In this document: positions 7,402 to 17,165 of the stretch, piece by piece
Numbering within the stretch: the stretch's first letter is position 1
How the letters are laid out: every line of letters starts with the position of its first letter
Source of the DNA: Gemmatimonadota bacterium
Lineage (GTDB): Bacteria > Gemmatimonadota > Gemmatimonadetes > Palauibacterales > Palauibacteraceae
Assembly: GCA_039588275.1 (NCBI GenBank)
Contig: JBDHAC010000010.1
Coordinates: 1 to 64,000 of the forward strand
Direction: 5' to 3'
DNA: 64,000 nt
Made by a program: the position numbers and the translations under genes
The notes under the pieces: model-generated
Told to the model about the DNA's origin: nothing
Databases searched by the model: none
What the model saw: only the letters and a program-made list of their open reading frames with translations

Positions 7402-9879
7402 TCAAGCGGTCGCGGCCGTCCCCGGCTCGCCCGCCCGCTTCAGGTACATACACGACAGCGGGGCCAGATCCAGCGTCAGGCACGCCGGTCGCCCGTGCCA
7501 TTCTTCCTCGTGAGCGGTGAATCGCGCCGCAGTCACCGAGTCGGTGCTCCCTAGGAATTCCGGCGAGTCGGTATCAAGCAGCACCACGTACTCGCCTGAC
7601 GATGGCACACCCAGGCGATAGTCGCTCCACCTCGTACCCGAGAAGTTCGCCACGACGAGCGCGAGATCGTTCCACTCCCGACCCCAGCGCAGGAAGGCGA
7701 TCACGCTGCGGGCTTCATCGTGGACCTGGATCCACTCGAATCCGTCGGGTGAGAAGTCCAACGCATGGAGCGCGGGATCCTCGGCGTATAGCCGGTTCAG
7801 GGTTCGGACGAAGCGCCAGACGCCGCGGTGCAGCGGGAAGTTCAAAAGGCTCCAGTCCAGCTGCCCGTTCTCGTCCCATTCCGACCACTTTCCCAGCTCG
7901 GCGCCCATGAACACGAGCTTCTTGCCGGGGTGCGCCCACATGTACGCGAGCAGCGTCCGCAGGTTGGCGAACTTCTCCTCGTAGCCGCCCGGCATCTTGG
8001 AGAGAAGCGACCGCTTCAAGTGGACCACTTCGTCGTGTGACAGGGGGAGCAGGTACCGCTCGTTGTGGGCGTAGTGGATCGAGAACGTGAGCAGCTCGTG
8101 CTTTGAATGACGGACGAACGGATTCGCCTCGAAATAGCTCAGCGTGTCGTTCATCCACCCCATGTTCCATTTCATGTCGAAGCCGAGGCCACCCTCCCCC
8201 GTCGGTCCCGACACCCGCGGCCAGGCCGTACTCTCCTCGGCGAACAGCAGCGCGCCCGGGAACGCGTCATGGATCGCATCGGTGAGCTGACGGAGGAACG
8301 CTACCGCCTCGAGGTTCTCGCGTCCGCCCAACTCGTTGGGCCGCCACTCTCCCTCCCCGCGCGAGTAGTCCAGGTAGAGCATGGATGCGACGGCATCCAC
8401 ACGAAGCCCGTCCACATGGTACTCCTCGAGCCAGAAGCGCGCGCTCGAGATCAGGAACGAGACGACCTCGGGCTTGCCGTAGTCGAAGATCGCGGTTCCC
8501 CAGTCCGGGTGAACGCCTCGCATGGGGTCCGGATGCTCGTACAGGTGCGTGCCGTCGAAGCGGCTGAGCCCGTGCGCGTCGAGCGGGAAGTGAGCCGGGA
8601 CCCAATCCAGGATCACACCCAACCCGAGCCCATGGGCGGCATCCACGAATGCCTTGAAGTCGTCGGGGGACCCGTACCGCGACGTGGGAGCGAAATACCC
8701 GAGCGTCTGGTATCCCCAACTCGGATCGTGCGGATGTTCGGTGATCGGCAGTAGCTCCAGATGCGTGAACCCCAGCTCTTTCACGTACGGGAGGAGCTCA
8801 CGTGCCAGCTCCCGGTATCCAAGCCACTTGCCGTCTTCTCCGCGACGCCAAGATCCAAGGTGGACTTCGTAAATCGAGACCACCTCGTGATCCACCGCAT
8901 CGCGCCGCTCGAGCCAGGCCTCGTCACTCCATTCGTACGCGCCCAGGTCGCTGACCACCGAAGCGGAGTGGGGGCGGACCTCATGGGCGAATCCGAACGG
9001 GTCCGCCTTCTCCAGAGCCGGCGGCCGCTTGTCCACCGACTTGGTGGTCCGGCCCGTCTTCGATCGGCTCATCCGGGGCCGGCGAGCCCGCGTGCGTGCG
9101 ATCCGCGCCGACTCGGCTTCGGGGGTAGTCTCCGCCACAGCCGTCATCGGCCGGATCTGATACTTGTACCGGGTCCCGGCCCCGACTCCGGGCACGAACA
9201 ACTCCCATACGCCGCTGGCGCCAACCGGGTACATGGGGTGCGTCCGTGCCTCCCACCGGTTGAACGAGCCCATCAGATTCACCGCACGGGCCTTTGGTGC
9301 CCACACCCTGAAGCGAGTGCCACGCACGCCGTGACGCATCTCCCGGTGCGCCCCGAGCAGATCGTGAAGTCGGTATTCCACACCCCTCGCGAACGCGGTC
9401 AAGCGCTCCGGATCGAGGGAGGGCCCGAACCGGTAGGGGTCGTCCGCGTCGCTCTCTCCCCCATCATCCCAACTGACTCGCAGGCGGTAGCTCTCCGGCA
9501 CCTCTTCTTCGAGCTCCAGCTCGAAGACTCCCTCCGGGTGCACCCGCTCCATGCGTCTCGCGCTTTCCGGTCCGGTCGCGCGCTTTGCGGTAGTCAGGTC
9601 CTCCTCGTCCGATCCCGACTCCGCCGAAGGGGGCGGAGCCTCGGCGGAATCAGAGAGATCAGCGGTGACTCTCGGGGCTTCGGGGACCCAGAGCAACGTG
9701 ACGGCGCGAGCGCTGGGGAGGAACACCCGCACGAGCGTCATGGCAGCTCGCGAGCTCGTGTCGGTCGGGGGTTCGTCCGCGTCCGTCGGCTCCAGCCTGA
9801 AGGCACCCAGAACACCTGATGGGTCCCGGCAAAGTCCCTCCAGCAACGCCTTCAGCGACGCGCTGTCGAATCGAGCCAA
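7402..9879 (-). CDS. glgB: 1,4-alpha-glucan branching enzyme (GH13)
   Basis: FRVWAP, IYEVHLGSW, SWGYQ, DWVPAHF, DGLRVDAVASMLY, AEEST and LSHDEVVH. TTG start at 9879 chosen from a GAGG upstream; start uncertain. Confidence 0.93.
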   Translation of the reverse strand: MARFDSASLKALLEGLCRDPSGVLGAFRLEPTDADEPPTDTSSRAAMTLVRVFLPSARAVTLLWVPEAPRVTADLSDSAEAPPPSAESGSDEEDLTTAKRATGPESARRMERVHPEGVFELELEEEVPESYRLRVSWDDGGESDADDPYRFGPSLDPERLTAFARGVEYRLHDLLGAHREMRHGVRGTRFRVWAPKARAVNLMGSFNRWEARTHPMYPVGASGVWELFVPGVGAGTRYKYQIRPMTAVAETTPEAESARIARTRARRPRMSRSKTGRTTKSVDKRPPALEKADPFGFAHEVRPHSASVVSDLGAYEWSDEAWLERRDAVDHEVVSIYEVHLGSWRRGEDGKWLGYRELARELLPYVKELGFTHLELLPITEHPHDPSWGYQTLGYFAPTSRYGSPDDFKAFVDAAHGLGLGVILDWVPAHFPLDAHGLSRFDGTHLYEHPDPMRGVHPDWGTAIFDYGKPEVVSFLISSARFWLEEYHVDGLRVDAVASMLYLDYSRGEGEWRPNELGGRENLEAVAFLRQLTDAIHDAFPGALLFAEESTAWPRVSGPTGEGGLGFDMKWNMGWMNDTLSYFEANPFVRHSKHELLTFSIHYAHNERYLLPLSHDEVVHLKRSLLSKMPGGYEEKFANLRTLLAYMWAHPGKKLVFMGAELGKWSEWDENGQLDWSLLNFPLHRGVWRFVRTLNRLYAEDPALHALDFSPDGFEWIQVHDEARSVIAFLRWGREWNDLALVVANFSGTRWSDYRLGVPSSGEYVVLLDTDSPEFLGSTDSVTAARFTAHEEEWHGRPACLTLDLAPLSCMYLKRAGEPGTAATA

Positions 9880-9985
9880 TCGGACCTCACTCGGGCAAAT
9901 GGGGTTAAAGGTCGACCGGCGCAGCTCTTGCGCCACATGGCCGATGAAGGGGCGCGAACGCGCGGCCCATCGTAGTATGCCGAGC

Positions 9986-11494
9986 ATGAGCACGATCGCC
10001 AAGCCACACCGACCCAAGCAAATGCCCGAGCCTCGACCAGCCGAGGAGTTGGCGGTCGTACATCTCGTTGCGGAGTACTGGCCGTACGCTCGTACGGGGG
10101 GGCTCGCGGAGGCCGTGCGCGGCATCGCCACCTTCCAGGCTGCGCACGGGACGCCCGTCACGGTCTTCATGCCGCTGTACCGCAGGGTCCGTGAGGCGAA
10201 TCCCGATCTCGAGCCCGCGCACGATCCGTATTACGTGCAGGTGGGGCCGCGCCTCGAGGAGGCGAGGGTCTACCAGCACCCGGGGGCGCCGCAGAATCCC
10301 CGCGTTCTGTTCATCGAGTCGGAGGCCTACTTCGATCGTGACGGCATCTACGGGGACAACGGCGACTACTCCGACAATCCGGCGCGGTTCGCCTTCTACA
10401 ACCTCGCCGCGCTGCAGGTGCTTCCAGAGTTGGCGAACCTTCCCGTGGTAGTACACGCTCACGACTGGCACACGGCGTTGGCTCCCGTCTATCTGCGCAC
10501 GAAGTTCGCGGGGGTGGAGGAGTTCGAGCGGATGGCCGCAATCATCTCGGTGCACAACGCCGGGTATCAGGGTCACTTCGAGCCGCGCGTGCTGGCCGAG
10601 GTGGGCCTCCCACCAGAACTGTTCCACTGGCGGTGGCTGGAGTGGTACGGGCACGTGAATTGGCTCAAGGGCGGACTCGTGTTCAGCGATTACGCGACGA
10701 CGGTCAGCCCGACGCACGCGCACGAGCTCCGGACCCCGGCCGGGGGCTTCGGGCTCCACCACCAGTTCATCGCGCTCCAGGACCGATTCGTCGGGATCCG
10801 GAACGGCATCGATCTGGACGAGTGGGATCCGGAGACAGACCGCGAGATCGCCGCACCCTATTCGAGGTTCGACCTCTCGGGGAAGGCACGCTGCAAGGCT
10901 GCCCTCCAGCGCGCGTACGACCTCTCGGAGTACCCCCGCACGCCGCTGTTCGTCATGACCGCTCGCCTCGTGCAGCAGAAGGGTCTCGACCTGATCCTGG
11001 GGGAGGACCTGCTGTACCGAGCCGAGGCACAGTTCATCTTCCTCGGATCGGGGGATGGACGGTATGAAGCTGCCTTGCACGAGGTTGCCGCCACGGTTCC
11101 CGACCGGGTCGTCGTCGACACCGACTTTCAGGAGTCCAAGGAGCATGGCCTGCTCGCGGGTGCCGACATGCTTCTGATGCCCTCACAATACGAGCCGTGC
11201 GGACTCACCCAGATGCGCGCTCAACGGTACGGCACGATACCCGTGGCCCGTCGCGTCGGTGGACTCGCGGATACGATCGAGGACCAGGTGACCGGCTTCC
11301 TGTTCGATGAGTACACGTCGGACGGTCTCTACACCGCGATGTCGAGGGGCATGAACCTGTACCGGAGCGAGCCCGACGCATGGGATGAGCACATGGCCGA
11401 TGCGATGAGCCGGGACTTCGGCTGGGCGAGCTCGGCCCAGCGGTACCTGGATGTGTACAGGCGAGCCCTGGCCGCACACCTGCCCAATCGCTGA
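9986..11494 (+). CDS. glgA: Glycogen/starch synthase (GT5)
   Basis: AEYWPYARTGGLAE, HAHDWHT, SVHNAGYQG, GIRNGID, ARLVQQKG, MPSQYEPCGLTQM and VGGLADT. Confidence 0.95.
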   Translation: MSTIAKPHRPKQMPEPRPAEELAVVHLVAEYWPYARTGGLAEAVRGIATFQAAHGTPVTVFMPLYRRVREANPDLEPAHDPYYVQVGPRLEEARVYQHPGAPQNPRVLFIESEAYFDRDGIYGDNGDYSDNPARFAFYNLAALQVLPELANLPVVVHAHDWHTALAPVYLRTKFAGVEEFERMAAIISVHNAGYQGHFEPRVLAEVGLPPELFHWRWLEWYGHVNWLKGGLVFSDYATTVSPTHAHELRTPAGGFGLHHQFIALQDRFVGIRNGIDLDEWDPETDREIAAPYSRFDLSGKARCKAALQRAYDLSEYPRTPLFVMTARLVQQKGLDLILGEDLLYRAEAQFIFLGSGDGRYEAALHEVAATVPDRVVVDTDFQESKEHGLLAGADMLLMPSQYEPCGLTQMRAQRYGTIPVARRVGGLADTIEDQVTGFLFDEYTSDGLYTAMSRGMNLYRSEPDAWDEHMADAMSRDFGWASSAQRYLDVYRRALAAHLPNR

Positions 11495-11498
11495 ACCC

Positions 11499-13016
11499 GT
11501 GATCGCTCCACGACGATCGGTCGTCATCCACGGCCACTTCTATCAACCTCCGCGGGAAGATCCGTGGACCGGACAGGTGCCCCGGGAGTCGTCCGCCGAC
11601 CCATTCCACGACTGGAACGAGCGCATCGCGGTTGAGTGTTACGAGCCCATCACACGGGCGCGCGTGTCGGATCGCGATGGGAACGTCAACCGCCGGCTGA
11701 ACGCGCTCGAGTGGATCAGCTTCGACTTCGGCCCCACCCTGCTCCAGTGGCTGGAGCGCGAGGCTCCGGAGACCTACGGTCTCGTACTGGATGCGGACCG
11801 CAGTAGCCGCGCGCGGGCCAGCGGGCACGGAAACGCCATCGCGCAGCCGTACCACCATGTGATCCTTCCGCTCGCGTCGCGGCGCGACAAACAGACGGAG
11901 GTTCGCTGGGGGATCGCCGACTTCGAGCGGCGGTTCGGACGGGCACCGACGGGCATGTGGCTGCCCGAGACGGCCGTCGACTCCGAGAGCCTCGATGTGT
12001 TGGCTGCGGAGGGCATCGCGTTCACCGTCCTGGCCCCGCACCAGGTGGACAAGCCGCCGCCTCGTGGCCTCCCGGGGTTCGTGCGTACTGCTGGAGGAGG
12101 CTCGATCGCCGTGTTCGTGTACGACGGCGATCTCTCACACGGCGTCGCGTTCGGGCAGTTGCTGGGCAACGCGGACACCTGGGCGGAGCGCATCGCGCCC
12201 GGCGTCGGAGGTGAGAAGCCCGCTGAGCTGGTCACCCTGGCTACGGATGGCGAGACCTACGGGCACCACCACGAGTTCGGCGTGCTGGCTCTCGCCGCGC
12301 TGATCACCGCGCTCGAGGCTCGACGAACGGTGCGAGTCGACAACTTCGCCGCGTTTCTCGCGCGGCACCCGGCGACACACGAGATACGACTGCGAGAGCC
12401 CTCGTCCTGGAGCTGCGCGCACGGTGTAGAACGTTGGCGGACCGCGTGCGGCTGTAAGGTGGCGCCGGAAGTGGAGAGCCAGCAGAGTTGGCGGGCTCCA
12501 CTTCGGACCGCGCTCGAGTGGCTGGCCGGGAACCTCCACGACGTGTACGCGAGCGCCGGGGAGCCGTTGTTCGGAGACCCGTGGACGGTTCGGGATGAGT
12601 ATGGCGCGGTCGTTCGCGCGGAGGCGGAGAACCGGGAGGCGTTCGTCCGCCGAGCCGTGGCCAGGCGTCCAGGGGAGACAGACGGACTCTCCGCCCGCGC
12701 AGCCGCGCTGCTCGAGATGGAGCGTGACGCGCTCCGCATGTTCACGTCGTGCGCCTGGTTCTTCGACGACATCGCCCGTCTGGAGCCCGCTCAGGTCCTG
12801 CGGTACGCGGCGCACGCCATCGACCTGGCGGCGGAGCTCGATCCGCTCGCAGCGCAGGGACTCGAGGCTGAACTTCTCGAACGTCTTGCCGACGCCCCAA
12901 GCAACGATGAGGCGATCGGCACGGGGGCGGACCTGTACGCGGACGTGATCCGAGAAGGTCGATCCTCCGGTCCCGTTCGTCTCGCCGCGTCGAGCGCGGA
13001 TTCGGATTCCCGCTGA
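11499..13016 (+). CDS. GH57-family / DUF3536 glycoside hydrolase
   Basis: IHGHFYQPPREDPW, DWNERIAVECY, SFDFGPTLLQWL, GMWLPETA, ATDGETYGHH, SWSCAHGVERW and MFTSCAWFFDD; GTG start 4 nt after glgA. Confidence 0.88.
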   Translation: MIAPRRSVVIHGHFYQPPREDPWTGQVPRESSADPFHDWNERIAVECYEPITRARVSDRDGNVNRRLNALEWISFDFGPTLLQWLEREAPETYGLVLDADRSSRARASGHGNAIAQPYHHVILPLASRRDKQTEVRWGIADFERRFGRAPTGMWLPETAVDSESLDVLAAEGIAFTVLAPHQVDKPPPRGLPGFVRTAGGGSIAVFVYDGDLSHGVAFGQLLGNADTWAERIAPGVGGEKPAELVTLATDGETYGHHHEFGVLALAALITALEARRTVRVDNFAAFLARHPATHEIRLREPSSWSCAHGVERWRTACGCKVAPEVESQQSWRAPLRTALEWLAGNLHDVYASAGEPLFGDPWTVRDEYGAVVRAEAENREAFVRRAVARRPGETDGLSARAAALLEMERDALRMFTSCAWFFDDIARLEPAQVLRYAAHAIDLAAELDPLAAQGLEAELLERLADAPSNDEAIGTGADLYADVIREGRSSGPVRLAASSADSDSR

Positions 13017-13050
13017 AGCGGCAACTTCTCTCTCCGGCCGCTGCCCTCGC

Positions 13051-14235
13051 TCAGCGGTCCGCCAGCGCCCGCCCCAGAATCTCGATGTCCGACTCGAATG
13101 ACTCCGGGTCGAGCGGACCGAACGAGAAGCGAAAGAAGTCACGGAGCGGTGACTCGTGGCCCCGCCTCAGCATGTCGCAGTCGGTCCCCTTCAAGACGGC
13201 GGCCCCCTCCCTGAAGAGCCGCTCGTTCAGCGCTTCGGCGGTGTGCCCCTCCGGCAGTTGGCACCAGTGGTAGAAGCCGCCATCGCCCGAGAACAGCTTC
13301 AGGCCGAGCCGCTCGAACGCGTCGCCGTACCGCGCCCGCTGCCGGCCGTAGAAAGCCGGCACCGCACGCCGGACGTGCTCCATGCGCACCATGCGAAGGA
13401 GCTCTAACGCGAAGCACTGAGAGGGGTGAGAGACTCCTCCCATACCGAAGGACGAGAAATTCCCCAGGATCTCGATGTGCTGCCTGGCGGCCACCACCCA
13501 CCCGATGCGGATCCCTGGGGCCTGGAGACCCTTGGTCGCAGCTCCGGCGACGAACACGTTCGAATCGTCGATGTTCCGGACGTACCGGAGCGCGCTCACG
13601 GGCTCGTCATGGAAGAGCTCGTACGCCTCGTCGATCAGGAGCCCGGTGTCCTCCCGCTCCGCCGCCCGTACGAGAGACTCAAGCTCTTCGCCCACGCGCG
13701 TAACCCCGGTCGGGTTGCACGGGTTGCTGATCAGGATCAGGGAGCGGCCGCCCTCCGCGAGCTCGGTGTAACCTTCGATACGCGGTCTGAACCCGTTGCC
13801 CGCGTCGCTCGTCACCGCGGTGTACGGCCGCTTCAGCAACCCGAGCATGTCGTAATAGGGCGTGTACTCGGTGGAGGCGACCCTGACGGTAACATCGGGG
13901 TCCAGGAACAGCAGCACAGCGACGATCCCGGGTCTTCCTCCCGCGAACACCATGACGTTCTCCGCTTCGATGTCCGCGCCGTAGAAACGCCGGTAGTAGG
14001 CGGCGATCGCTTCCCGGAGCGCCGGCATGCCCCACGCCTTGGGGTACCTGAGGTGATCCGGGGTCACCGTCACCGACGAGGGGATCTCGGGCCCGTCGGG
14101 CAACTGAACCGTGCGCGGGAATCCCTGACTCCAGGGATGGGTCCCGGGCTCGCCCATGTAGGTGCCGAACGAATTCAGGAACGCGTACAACGTCTCGTAG
14201 ATGCCCATGGGTGGCACGTAACGGAGAAGCGACAT
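13051..14235 (-). CDS. PLP-dependent aminotransferase class I/II
   Basis: GMPALREAIAAYY, SNPCNPTG, LIDEAYE and ATKGLQAPGIRIGW. Confidence 0.9.
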   Translation of the reverse strand: MSLLRYVPPMGIYETLYAFLNSFGTYMGEPGTHPWSQGFPRTVQLPDGPEIPSSVTVTPDHLRYPKAWGMPALREAIAAYYRRFYGADIEAENVMVFAGGRPGIVAVLLFLDPDVTVRVASTEYTPYYDMLGLLKRPYTAVTSDAGNGFRPRIEGYTELAEGGRSLILISNPCNPTGVTRVGEELESLVRAAEREDTGLLIDEAYELFHDEPVSALRYVRNIDDSNVFVAGAATKGLQAPGIRIGWVVAARQHIEILGNFSSFGMGGVSHPSQCFALELLRMVRMEHVRRAVPAFYGRQRARYGDAFERLGLKLFSGDGGFYHWCQLPEGHTAEALNERLFREGAAVLKGTDCDMLRRGHESPLRDFFRFSFGPLDPESFESDIEILGRALADR

Positions 14236-14342
14236 GCGGGACTCTCTCGCGCCGTTCGGGTTCGGTAGCTGGGCTTGCCGTGGCCGTGCTCGTCGTCGCG
14301 GTGCGCGCGATGGTCCGGCGCGTGGTGGTCGCGCCGGGTGGT

Positions 14343-15137
14343 TCAGTCCGCGGCCGAGCCGAGCGCCTCCACGGAGTCCGGCGCTGCTGGCCCCAGCCGA
14401 CCGTCTCGGGAGAAATGCCCGTTGCGTAGGAAGTGCTCGCACTCTTCCGCCACGACCCGCGTGTTCATGATGAAGGTGTGCGTATGGGGCACCACCAGGA
14501 AGGCAGCCCCTTCGACCCGCGCCCGATCGACCGCGACCTTGCCGTCATCCGCGCCCGGGATGAGCCACGAGGTGAGCGGGTTCAGCGTGCGGTTCCCGGT
14601 GATGATCCCCAGCTGGAACTCGGCGGGGCCCAGACGACTCGGGACGCTCAGGCTGTCGGTGCCCAGCTGCGAGCCGGCCGGCCCGAGGAACAGCCGGCGC
14701 AGCGGCGAGTCGGCCAGCGCATCGACCACCTCGCTCCCCTGGCTCGGCGGACTGAGCATCACTACCCGTCCTTCGTGGGTGGGAGAGTGCTTCGCCAGAT
14801 ACATGCGAACGAGGATGCCGCCCATCGAGTGGGTCACGAAGTGTACATCGGGCGCTCCTTTACAACATTCCTCGACGTGATCCCTCAGTTTGGCCACGAG
14901 CTCTTCGATCGTCTTGCCGGACGAATACCCGACGTTGACGGTGTGGTATCCGGCTTCCCGCAGTCTGGCTCCGAGAAGGGCCATCGACACTCGCGTCCGC
15001 CCGAGGCCATGGACGAGGATGACCGTCTCCGCATCTTCGGTCGCAGGCGGAGCGGAACAGGCCCCGAACAGGACCAGCAGACCTGCCAGGAGCGTCCCCG
15101 TCCGAAGCTTGCTCAAAGGTATCGGATTAGTTGCCAA
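14343..15137 (-). CDS. Alpha/beta hydrolase (lipase/esterase-like), probable lipoprotein
   Basis: VILVHGLGR, nucleophile elbow VTHSMGG, DDGKV, HTHTFIM; lipobox-like LFGAC. Confidence 0.85.
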   Translation of the reverse strand: MATNPIPLSKLRTGTLLAGLLVLFGACSAPPATEDAETVILVHGLGRTRVSMALLGARLREAGYHTVNVGYSSGKTIEELVAKLRDHVEECCKGAPDVHFVTHSMGGILVRMYLAKHSPTHEGRVVMLSPPSQGSEVVDALADSPLRRLFLGPAGSQLGTDSLSVPSRLGPAEFQLGIITGNRTLNPLTSWLIPGADDGKVAVDRARVEGAAFLVVPHTHTFIMNTRVVAEECEHFLRNGHFSRDGRLGPAAPDSVEALGSAAD

Positions 15138-15468
15138 GAGGCCGCGTTGCCGACGGCGTTATGGACGGCTTTGCGGCGGCGTCTCCGGCGGCAGATGTCG
15201 CGGACGTTTGTTCGCCTGCCTCGAGACGGCGGCGGAAGAGCTCGGCCTCGACTAGCTGGTCGATCTGACGCCCTTGCTCGAGCAGGGCATCCTCGAGACG
15301 CCCGATACGGTGCTCCATGTCCTCCTTTTCGCGGCCCTTTACACCGCGGAGCGCCTCCGTCAGGTCACGAATCAGTGGGCGGAGCACGAAATGAGCGGCG
15401 ATCGACATCACCGGAACGCCGATGACGAAGAAGATGCCTAACAAGGGAATCAGGATTTCGAGGTCCAT
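15127..15468 (-). CDS. Small membrane protein with coiled coil (hypothetical)
   Basis: TM ILIPLLGIFFVIGVPV followed by a heptad-like segment; overlaps the start of the hydrolase gene. Confidence 0.65.
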   Translation of the reverse strand: MDLEILIPLLGIFFVIGVPVMSIAAHFVLRPLIRDLTEALRGVKGREKEDMEHRIGRLEDALLEQGRQIDQLVEAELFRRRLEAGEQTSATSAAGDAAAKPSITPSATRPLGN

Positions 15469-15543
15469 GGTTTGCACACATTTGCGGGAATGGCCCATGG
15501 CGGCACGCGAGAGGCCGCCGCCAACGGTATCAAGGACGGGGGC

Positions 15544-16428
15544 GTGAGCGCAAAGGTTTCAGCGGAAGGCACTAACGGAGGACCGGCGTCAGAAGACGTT
15601 ACACGGCCGTGGCGCTCTCGCATCCCACCGAGCGCATGGGCCGCGATCGGCACAGGTGCCGTTCTGACGACATCGCCCTCACTCGAGCTCTTTACGGGCG
15701 ATGCGACGCTGTACCCGCTCCCAGTGCTCATCTTCCTCCTGCTTTGCTGGATCAGAACGGGGCTCACGCGCCGAGAAGTGGGCTTCGTGAGCGGACGTGG
15801 GTCATACCAGATCGCGATCCTTCACCCGCTGCTCGTGGTCGGAGGCGTCGTGTTCTTGGCCACGGCCGTCGGCGTCACCCGGGTCGACGATACCCCTGTT
15901 CGCACGGTCGCCTTGCAGGTCTCGATGATGACCATCATGACGGCGCTCGGTACCCTGATCACGGAAGACGGCTTTTTCCGCGGGTGGCTGTGGGGGACGC
16001 TGGAGCGGGCGCGTCTCGCACCCGAGGCGATCCTGCTGTGGACCGCGTTCGCGTACGCCGCATGGCACTTGCCGGTGGCGTTGATCGAACCCTCATACCG
16101 GCTCCCGGCACAACAGCTCCCCGTTCATATGCTCAACGTGTGGCTGTTGGGGATGAGCTGGGGAGTTCTGCGACTCGCGTCGGGCTCCGTCCTTGTCGCG
16201 GCGCTATCGCACGGATTGTGGAACGGGCTCGCCTATACGCTGTTCGGCTTCGGCACCGCCTCCGGGGCCCTCGGCATCGGCACTTCGCTTCAATACGATC
16301 CGGAACGCGGTTGGGCGGGAGTGGCCTTCAACACCGCGGCGTTTCTCTTCTTGTGGCGCTGGTGGCAGCGACGCGAGCGGGCTCGGTCCGCGGCGGACGC
16401 CGAGGAGGCGGCGGACGCATCGAGCTGA
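15544..16428 (+). CDS. CPBP/CAAX-family intramembrane protease
   Basis: TEDGFFRGWL, AYAAWHLP and SGSVLVAALSHGLWN; start uncertain. Confidence 0.85.
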   Translation: MSAKVSAEGTNGGPASEDVTRPWRSRIPPSAWAAIGTGAVLTTSPSLELFTGDATLYPLPVLIFLLLCWIRTGLTRREVGFVSGRGSYQIAILHPLLVVGGVVFLATAVGVTRVDDTPVRTVALQVSMMTIMTALGTLITEDGFFRGWLWGTLERARLAPEAILLWTAFAYAAWHLPVALIEPSYRLPAQQLPVHMLNVWLLGMSWGVLRLASGSVLVAALSHGLWNGLAYTLFGFGTASGALGIGTSLQYDPERGWAGVAFNTAAFLFLWRWWQRRERARSAADAEEAADASS

Positions 16429-16433
16429 CGGTT

Positions 16434-17129
16434 TCAGTAGGGGACGGCCAGCGCCCGACAGAGGAAGCGCTGCAGGGGCGCGCCTGCCCGGCAGATCGTC
16501 GTGAACGTGTCCATGAAGTCGGGGCTCGTAAGCTGCGACTTCGTTACTCTCTTGGCGCCGATGAAGTCTTTGCGGCGTAGGTCCTCGATCATCGGGTGCT
16601 CGGGGTCGAACCCACGCGGCGCCGTCTTGAGCGAGTCCCCTTCGAGCTCGAAAACTCCCGCGAACTTCTTGGCATTTCGGGCTCGCTTCCAACTCGCCGG
16701 ATCGTCGACGATGGCCTCCCGGATCTTCCGCAGCGCATCGCCGTCGGGGTGCCAGATCCCACACGCACAGAACACCTCCTTGGAGGATATCCCCAGATAG
16801 TACCCGGGGGCGTGTACGTCCTTGGCGGCCTCGTGCGTGAACCGGATCCCCACGTTCGTCTTGTAGGGACTCTTGTCCTTCGAGAACCGGGTGTCTCGGT
16901 AGATACGAAACAGCGAGCCCCCCGCGGGACGTGGATCCGCCACGAAATGAGGGCTGATCTTTCTGAGATGTGGGGCGAAGTCAGCGATGAACTGCAGCGC
17001 CGCGTCTTTGATGTGACGCTCGTAGCGGTCCTTGTTCGATTGAAACCACGGCCGGTTGTTGTTCTCCGCCAGCTCGCGGAGGAACTTGAACAGCTCGTTC
17101 GAGAAGTATCGTTGGCCCGCCATGTTCAT
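16434..17129 (-). CDS. DUF2461 (TIGR02453) family protein
   Basis: FLRELAENNNRPWFQSNKDRYE, FRIYRDTRFSKDKSPYKT and LKTAPRGFDPEHP. Confidence 0.9.
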   Translation of the reverse strand: MNMAGQRYFSNELFKFLRELAENNNRPWFQSNKDRYERHIKDAALQFIADFAPHLRKISPHFVADPRPAGGSLFRIYRDTRFSKDKSPYKTNVGIRFTHEAAKDVHAPGYYLGISSKEVFCACGIWHPDGDALRKIREAIVDDPASWKRARNAKKFAGVFELEGDSLKTAPRGFDPEHPMIEDLRRKDFIGAKRVTKSQLTSPDFMDTFTTICRAGAPLQRFLCRALAVPY

Positions 17130-17165
17130 CGCCTCGCGTGCGGTGTACGGTTCGTTCGGACCGCC

